Virus record (IMG/VR): IMGVR_UViG_3300020044_001984 | Location: 1 to 29,404 of that record | Reading direction: 5' to 3' (one strand) | DNA from: a virus | Lineage: Duplodnaviria; Caudoviricetes | Length of the DNA: 29,404 bases | In this document: piece by piece, positions 24,798 to 29,404 of the stretch | How the letters are laid out: every line of letters starts with the position of its first letter | Numbering within the stretch: position 1 is the first letter of the stretch | The notes under the pieces: generated by a model | Database searches by the model: none | The model's input: the letters and a program-made list of their open reading frames with translations, nothing else | Told to the model about the DNA's origin: nothing | Made by a program: the position numbers and the translations under genes

Positions 24798-25054
24798 TTA
24801 GTCCTCGCTCGTTTAATACGCTCTTCAATATTGCGGACAATCGAGTTCTGGCCTTCACGAGCAAACCCATGCGATGCTTCCTCGCCGGGATACCATGATG
24901 GCTGCTCAATTGTACGCGCTCGAAGGTCGGCAAGAACCCTGCGACCCTCATCAGATCCAAAGACGTGAGCGTACAATGCGTCCAGATCCGATTGCTTGTT
25001 GACCCCGCCGTCGATTGGCTGGGCAAAGTCGTTGATAACATCCCAATTGTTCAT
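24794..25054 (-). CDS. Bbp19-like protein
   Basis: Y..VF.SDEGRRVL.DL...F.REGQNSIV..I pattern; between portal and scaffold as in BPP-1. Confidence 0.8.
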   Translation of the reverse strand: MNNWDVINDFAQPIDGGVNKQSDLDALYAHVFGSDEGRRVLADLRARTIEQPSWYPGEEASHGFAREGQNSIVRNIEERIKRARTK

Positions 25055-25055
25055 G

Positions 25056-26624
25056 TTACATTGCTCCTTGTGGCGGCATCCCTTGTTCTGGAGCCTGACC
25101 TTGTTGCATTGCCTGTGCTTGCTGTGCGAGTTGCTGCATCTGCTGCATCATCATTTGTCGTTCTTCTGGTGAGGTGAGAAGAGAAGTAGGGACACCCAGA
25201 CGATTAGCAATAAAGTCAATAACCGCATCCTTTTTAAGAGCCAATTGAGCTTCTGGCCCCATCTGCCCAACGACTTGCATGAATTGCAGGACATCGTTTA
25301 CTTCATCCATGTTCTGCGCCTGAGCAAGTGGAGAGATTGGCACAACTTTTACTTCCTGACCGTTAACTTTCAACGGCATGTCAATCAAGCCTTGGTCATC
25401 CATGATAAACAGGACACGGTTGATGATTGGAATCATGGCTTCCGTAATCAAGCGACCAAATGCCGAGCCAAGGTTCTGACTCAACTCCTTCATGCGCTGC
25501 ACGATCTCGGTAGCCGACCGAGCAGACATGTTATCTGGCGGCAGACTGTCATCAAGCAGCGTCTTTTTGATGTTCATCCTCAGATCGGGGATGATGATGT
25601 TGCTGACATTGAAGTCTGCTGCACGAGGAAGAGGCTGGAGGCTAGGACCAGTTGGGCCACCGTTACGGGCCACAGGAATGATAGCACCAGGCTGGATACG
25701 GATGGTCTGAGGGTTAAGAACACCATCATCTGCCGCTGTATATACGCCAGCAATAGCCAGAGATGCGTTCTTCAGCACCAGTTCCAGCACCTTATTAAGC
25801 GTCTTGATGTCAGGCATGGCAGAAAGCAGAGGCCCACGACCGTAAACTTCACCAGAGACCTTCATGAATCGCGCAACGATCCAAGGACTGATCTTCATCG
25901 TGCGATAGACCAGTTCCTCTTTGCTCTTTTCGTGGATCACATGGTAGCAATACACGCCAAGATCCTTGTTATAGACCGTGGCCTCCAGCAGATTGATCTC
26001 GTCGGTAGGTTTACGCTGAATCTGATCCTTCAGCATCGCTGGAATCTTGGCATCAGTCCACTGGCGGTCGATAACCTCGCCTTTAATCCGTAGTTTACGG
26101 TAAACATTGTCTACCGAACCATGTGGACCTTCTTCCAGAGCCACAAGATACTGCGGCACTGGGGTAAAGCGGATAGGTGCGGTCTCATCGCCGGGCTGAA
26201 TCAGCATAACAGCAGTGCCGACAGCCAGATCCAGCAGGAACTCGGACATTGCCAGATCAAAATTGGTCTGCCGCATGATGTTGAACATGCGTTCAGTGTA
26301 GTTGTCTAATATAATCTGGACTTCTGAGGTGCGTTCAGTAGGGATAGCGGTCCCTGCTTGCAGTCTGCACCACACACGATATGGAGGGAACAGCCCTGAT
26401 TGAATCCTGTTCGCAAATCTCTGCGTAGAATCAATAGCAGTCGAGTCATAGACCTTCTGCATTTTATTCTGACCAGGCGTACCACCTTCATAATTGCCAT
26501 CATACAGGTTCCGCTGTGGGAGAGCATACTCATAGCACTCCTGATAGATTGCTCGCCATTCATCCTTGCGAGCATTAGCCAGCGTGGACCGCTTAATGAC
26601 TTCTTCAACCTTCATTCGTGCCAT
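25056..26624 (-). CDS. Portal (head-to-tail connector, T7 gp8-like)
   Basis: YDSTA, DLAVGTA, GEVYGRGP, PDIKTLN, SATEI..R, SPLAQAQ motifs; Q-rich tail. Confidence 0.95.
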   Translation of the reverse strand: MARMKVEEVIKRSTLANARKDEWRAIYQECYEYALPQRNLYDGNYEGGTPGQNKMQKVYDSTAIDSTQRFANRIQSGLFPPYRVWCRLQAGTAIPTERTSEVQIILDNYTERMFNIMRQTNFDLAMSEFLLDLAVGTAVMLIQPGDETAPIRFTPVPQYLVALEEGPHGSVDNVYRKLRIKGEVIDRQWTDAKIPAMLKDQIQRKPTDEINLLEATVYNKDLGVYCYHVIHEKSKEELVYRTMKISPWIVARFMKVSGEVYGRGPLLSAMPDIKTLNKVLELVLKNASLAIAGVYTAADDGVLNPQTIRIQPGAIIPVARNGGPTGPSLQPLPRAADFNVSNIIIPDLRMNIKKTLLDDSLPPDNMSARSATEIVQRMKELSQNLGSAFGRLITEAMIPIINRVLFIMDDQGLIDMPLKVNGQEVKVVPISPLAQAQNMDEVNDVLQFMQVVGQMGPEAQLALKKDAVIDFIANRLGVPTSLLTSPEERQMMMQQMQQLAQQAQAMQQGQAPEQGMPPQGAM

Positions 26625-26635
26625 GAATATATTCC

Positions 26636-26776
26636 TTATTTGGCTTTCTGCTTCTGGGCCTTACCAGCGGCAGACAGAGCCATAGCAATTGCTTGTTTCT
26701 GTGGGTGACCTTTTTTCATTTCAGACTTGATGTTTGCTGAAATGGTCTTTTGAGAAGAACCTTTTTTCATAGGCAT
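26636..26776 (-). CDS. Small basic protein (46 aa; not in the track)
   Basis: [46 protein letters not shown]; TAATG coupling. Confidence 0.75.
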   Translation of the reverse strand: MPMKKGSSQKTISANIKSEMKKGHPQKQAIAMALSAAGKAQKQKAK

Positions 26777-26916
26777 TACATCATTCCTTTCTTTTTCACT
26801 GGCATACCCATAGCTTCAGGAGCCATTGGGTTCTCTTCCATAGGCATAGAGTCTTTCTTCTTTGCCTTCATCTTCTTCTTCACCATTGCGTTGAACGCTT
26901 TAGCTTGCTTCGCCAT
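26776..26916 (-). CDS. Small Lys/Met-rich protein (46 aa; not in the track)
   Basis: [46 protein letters not shown]; GGAG RBS. Confidence 0.65.
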   Translation of the reverse strand: MAKQAKAFNAMVKKKMKAKKKDSMPMEENPMAPEAMGMPVKKKGMM

Positions 26917-27376
26917 CTTCAGTCTCCATTTCCACTTTCAGAATCAGTTCGACAAAATCTTCGCGGTCATCATCAATAGGGCCACCGACAAGCCAAGCAT
27001 CGCATGTCCGTCCAGCAGCACACTTGAAGTCCAGCAGTTCGCAGTAGCCAAGATCCGCACTAGCAATAACCACCTCGTCATAGCCAGCCTCGTCAATCGG
27101 CTTGCGTTCAAGGCCAGCCTTGATGCAATCAATCATCTGGGTAGTCTTGATAAAGGCCGAGCAGTTGCCGCAACGCATTGTCATGGCTTCAGTTGCCGTG
27201 ACTTTGTACATCATAGCCTTCTTAATCCAGAAAACCTCATTGGGTTCATGCGGATTAGGTGGGCCATAACCGTATTGGGCAAACGCGATGTTGCGATTCT
27301 GGAGGTTATGCTTCAGATCGTAGGTAGCACGAGGGCATGTATAGCCTTCTTCCTCGGTATCTGTCGGGTCAAGCAT
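26900..27376 (-). CDS. Cys-rich hypothetical protein (HiPIP-like Cys spacing)
   Basis: RCGNCSAF...GYCELLDFKCAAGRTCDAW; AAGGA RBS. Confidence 0.7.
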   Translation of the reverse strand: MLDPTDTEEEGYTCPRATYDLKHNLQNRNIAFAQYGYGPPNPHEPNEVFWIKKAMMYKVTATEAMTMRCGNCSAFIKTTQMIDCIKAGLERKPIDEAGYDEVVIASADLGYCELLDFKCAAGRTCDAWLVGGPIDDDREDFVELILKVEMETEDGEAS

Positions 27377-27378
27377 GT

Positions 27379-27684
27379 TCAGTCCTTCATATTCTTCAGC
27401 CGTTCCGACAGACGCTTTGCTTTTGCCTTAGCATCTGCGGTGGATGATGCACCCCATGCCCTGAGCGACAAAAGTTTGCGTGTCGGATTGCCCTTCTCGT
27501 CGTAGTCTGGGCCATCATTGCCAGCCATACGAGCCAAGAAACTAGCCTTCCTACCAAGATCAGCCCTGCTCTGCGGCGCACCTTTGACGGGAGCCTTCAG
27601 ATTAGAGCCTTCAGTGCGCTTGAAGTAGGCGCGACCAGCGGCATTAAGGCCACCTTTAGGATCTTGATACTTCTTCGCAACCAT
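27379..27684 (-). CDS. Basic DUF6321-like protein
   Basis: QDPKGGLNAAGRAYF...GSNLKAPV...RKASFLARM.G...PTRKLLSLRAWG. Confidence 0.75.
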   Translation of the reverse strand: MVAKKYQDPKGGLNAAGRAYFKRTEGSNLKAPVKGAPQSRADLGRKASFLARMAGNDGPDYDEKGNPTRKLLSLRAWGASSTADAKAKAKRLSERLKNMKD

Positions 27685-27902
27685 TACTGAGGACCGAGTG
27701 TAGTCCCCAGACCCTGTTCTGCATTGGTGCGCTCAGGGCTAAGGAGTGCTTGCATACCGCCACGGCTCTGTGCAACACGACGAGCCTGCAACTGCTTCTG
27801 CTGATCAGCCTCTTTCTTGTCGAGAGAAGCCTGTTGTTCAGCCATCAATGCTTCCTGCTTGGAAGTGTCAGGCATTTTCGGTTTGGAGAAAAGACCGCCC
27901 AT
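27684..27902 (-). CDS. Small virion/tail assembly protein (T7 gp7.3-like position)
   Basis: MGGLFSKPKMP...RR...GG...LL...TTLG; TAATG coupling at both ends. Confidence 0.65.
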   Translation of the reverse strand: MGGLFSKPKMPDTSKQEALMAEQQASLDKKEADQQKQLQARRVAQSRGGMQALLSPERTNAEQGLGTTLGPQ

Positions 27903-28393
27903 TACTTGATCCTCGAATAAAAGATGCAATCGCACCCATCTGGAGTGTATTTGCGAACCAATCCTTCAAATTCGAAGCCAATAGTCCGCGCCCATTTAAC
28001 AGCCGAAACATTATCACAGCGCACAACTATCTGCAATCTGTGCCAAAGAAGGCTATTTTCTAAACTATTAATAGACTTTCTAGATAATTTAGTTAACTTT
28101 ATGGGGTTTTTCTTGAAGGTTGGTATATCGCCCATCATCCACAACTCATGGACACCAGGCCAGATCTGCATTTCACCGAAAGAAAGGACTGGCTTGCCGA
28201 GAAGAAGGATGGTTGCGGAGTATCCATTATCGGCATAGTGCTGCACTGTCTGGGCAAAGTTGGGTGTGTGTTTGATTGTCTTTTGCTGACCAGCATCTAG
28301 ATCCATCAAATGCAAGTGACCCCAGTGAAACGGCACTGCTCTACATTCTTCTGGTAGAATTTGGTTAAGATGTTCGATAAAGTTAAAAGACAT
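27902..28393 (-). CDS. GNAT-fold protein (T7 gp13-like / acetyltransferase-like)
   Basis: IWPGVHELW, HRLQIVVRCDNVSAVKWARTIGFEFEGLVRKY; start reassigned to ATG 28393. Confidence 0.75.
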   Translation of the reverse strand: MSFNFIEHLNQILPEECRAVPFHWGHLHLMDLDAGQQKTIKHTPNFAQTVQHYADNGYSATILLLGKPVLSFGEMQIWPGVHELWMMGDIPTFKKNPIKLTKLSRKSINSLENSLLWHRLQIVVRCDNVSAVKWARTIGFEFEGLVRKYTPDGCDCIFYSRIK

Positions 28394-29404
28394 TGAAATC
28401 CAACGGTGCAATGATCTGGTGTTTAGGATGATGAGCAGTATGACCACGGGTAAGGTGGCGAAATTCCCCTCCACCAAGCATAAGATAACCGTAAGCATCA
28501 CCTACGTGCGAGTGCTCATTTTTATTAGGGGCGTCTCGAAAACGATCTGTGCCGCCTCCAACCCCTACGCGCTTAAAATGATACCCGCCCCCAAGGGCTT
28601 TTCTAACCCGAACACACGCTGAGTCCACCTGTAAGCCGGGCTTTCCGTCGATCAGACGTTGCATTGGAGCAGCACCAGCCTCGCGTCGAACCATGAAGTC
28701 GTTGCTCTGGGTTGGCTGGGCGTTGAGGCCGAGGCTTTTCAAGTGCTGGAACGCAGTCACTTCGAAGATCCCGTCACGTGCAATACCCGCAGGATCACCC
28801 CAGATGAAGATCTGAGCCTTTGGATAGCGGCTGTTTACGTCACCGATAAGGATCTGGGCGAATCGTTCCAAGCCCATGTCGAAAGATACGATTTCGTGCA
28901 GGATATTCCACCTACCAGTTGGCAACCGCTGCCCAAAAACAGCAGCAGGAGTAAGACCAAAGTCGAGACCAATATGTAGTGGTAGGTCTGGTCTATAATC
29001 AATCTTATCTTGGACCATTTGAGAGTCCAGATATTCCTGCCAGACAGCCTTTCCTTCTTGAACGTAAACAAATTGACCTCCTACATAGCACCTGATCCAG
29101 TCAAGATTCTTGCCGCCAAGCTGCTGTTCATAGTAGCCATTGACTAGATTGTTGATATTCTCGGCAGCAGGATTGATCAGCCAGTGTTTGCCAGCAGCAG
29201 GAATGGCCTCTGGAGCATCGTGCATTACCTCGATCATGCCTGGAGGCTGCTTGAAGAACGTCCATTTATATTTCCCTTGAACAGTTTCCTTCTCGCTCAG
29301 TCGATACCACCAGTGGTCTGAATCCATTGGATTAGTATCAGCCCAGATCCCACGCCAAGGAGCACCACCATTAGCTCTAGTGGGATAGCGACCAACACGG
29401 TGAG
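28383..29404 (-). CDS. terL: Terminase large subunit (5' part outside the window)
   Basis: Frame stays open to the window edge: HRVGRYP...WRGIWADTNPMDSDHWWY; nuclease motifs GLDFGLTPAAVFGQ, WGDPAG, KNEHSHVGDA. Confidence 0.93.
   Translation of the reverse strand, partial: HRVGRYPTRANGGAPWRGIWADTNPMDSDHWWYRLSEKETVQGKYKWTFFKQPPGMIEVMHDAPEAIPAAGKHWLINPAAENINNLVNGYYEQQLGGKNLDWIRCYVGGQFVYVQEGKAVWQEYLDSQMVQDKIDYRPDLPLHIGLDFGLTPAAVFGQRLPTGRWNILHEIVSFDMGLERFAQILIGDVNSRYPKAQIFIWGDPAGIARDGIFEVTAFQHLKSLGLNAQPTQSNDFMVRREAGAAPMQRLIDGKPGLQVDSACVRVRKALGGGYHFKRVGVGGGTDRFRDAPNKNEHSHVGDAYGYLMLGGGEFRHLTRGHTAHHPKHQIIAPLDFNVF

Noticed and set aside
19995-27505. Long plus-strand ORFs (19995-20696, 23153-23824, 25245-26093, 26750-27505)
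   Set aside because: Antisense shadows of well-supported structural genes; no recognisable motifs.
1-29404. Stop-codon reassignment, tRNA genes, integrase/att sites
   Set aside because: Genes tile densely under the standard code using all three stops; no cloverleaf or recombinase motif was seen.

Overview
About 29.4 kb of a tailed dsDNA phage genome, probably most of it. The virion module is short-tailed and T7/BPP-1-like; the replication/recombination arm is lambdoid-style. Leftward arm (minus, 1-1803): Cro-like HTH, RusA, a DnaA-C-terminal-domain protein and a replication initiator with an internal 11-bp-period iteron array. Rightward early operon (plus, 1901 to ~6860): ERF annealase, Gp157, truncated HNH, PP-loop/PAPS-reductase-like Cys protein, dCMP deaminase, HNH, DUF6378-like protein and three coupled membrane ORFs. 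Late operon (minus, 29404 to 6514): TerL, GNAT-fold protein, small basic proteins, portal, scaffold, major capsid, tail tubes A/B, four internal virion proteins, tail fibre, three paralogous fibre/RBP cassettes, holin-like genes, muramidase endolysin and a metallophosphoesterase. No integrase, CI, polymerase, tRNA, CRISPR or RT is visible in the window. The most notable unannotated signal is one RNA internal-loop motif (G[C]C / G[AYAA]C in otherwise different stems) present three times: once at the start of the scaffold ORF and twice in the capsid leader. This suggests an RNA-operator circuit controlling head-protein stoichiometry. Family calls come from motif recognition by eye; no searches were run.
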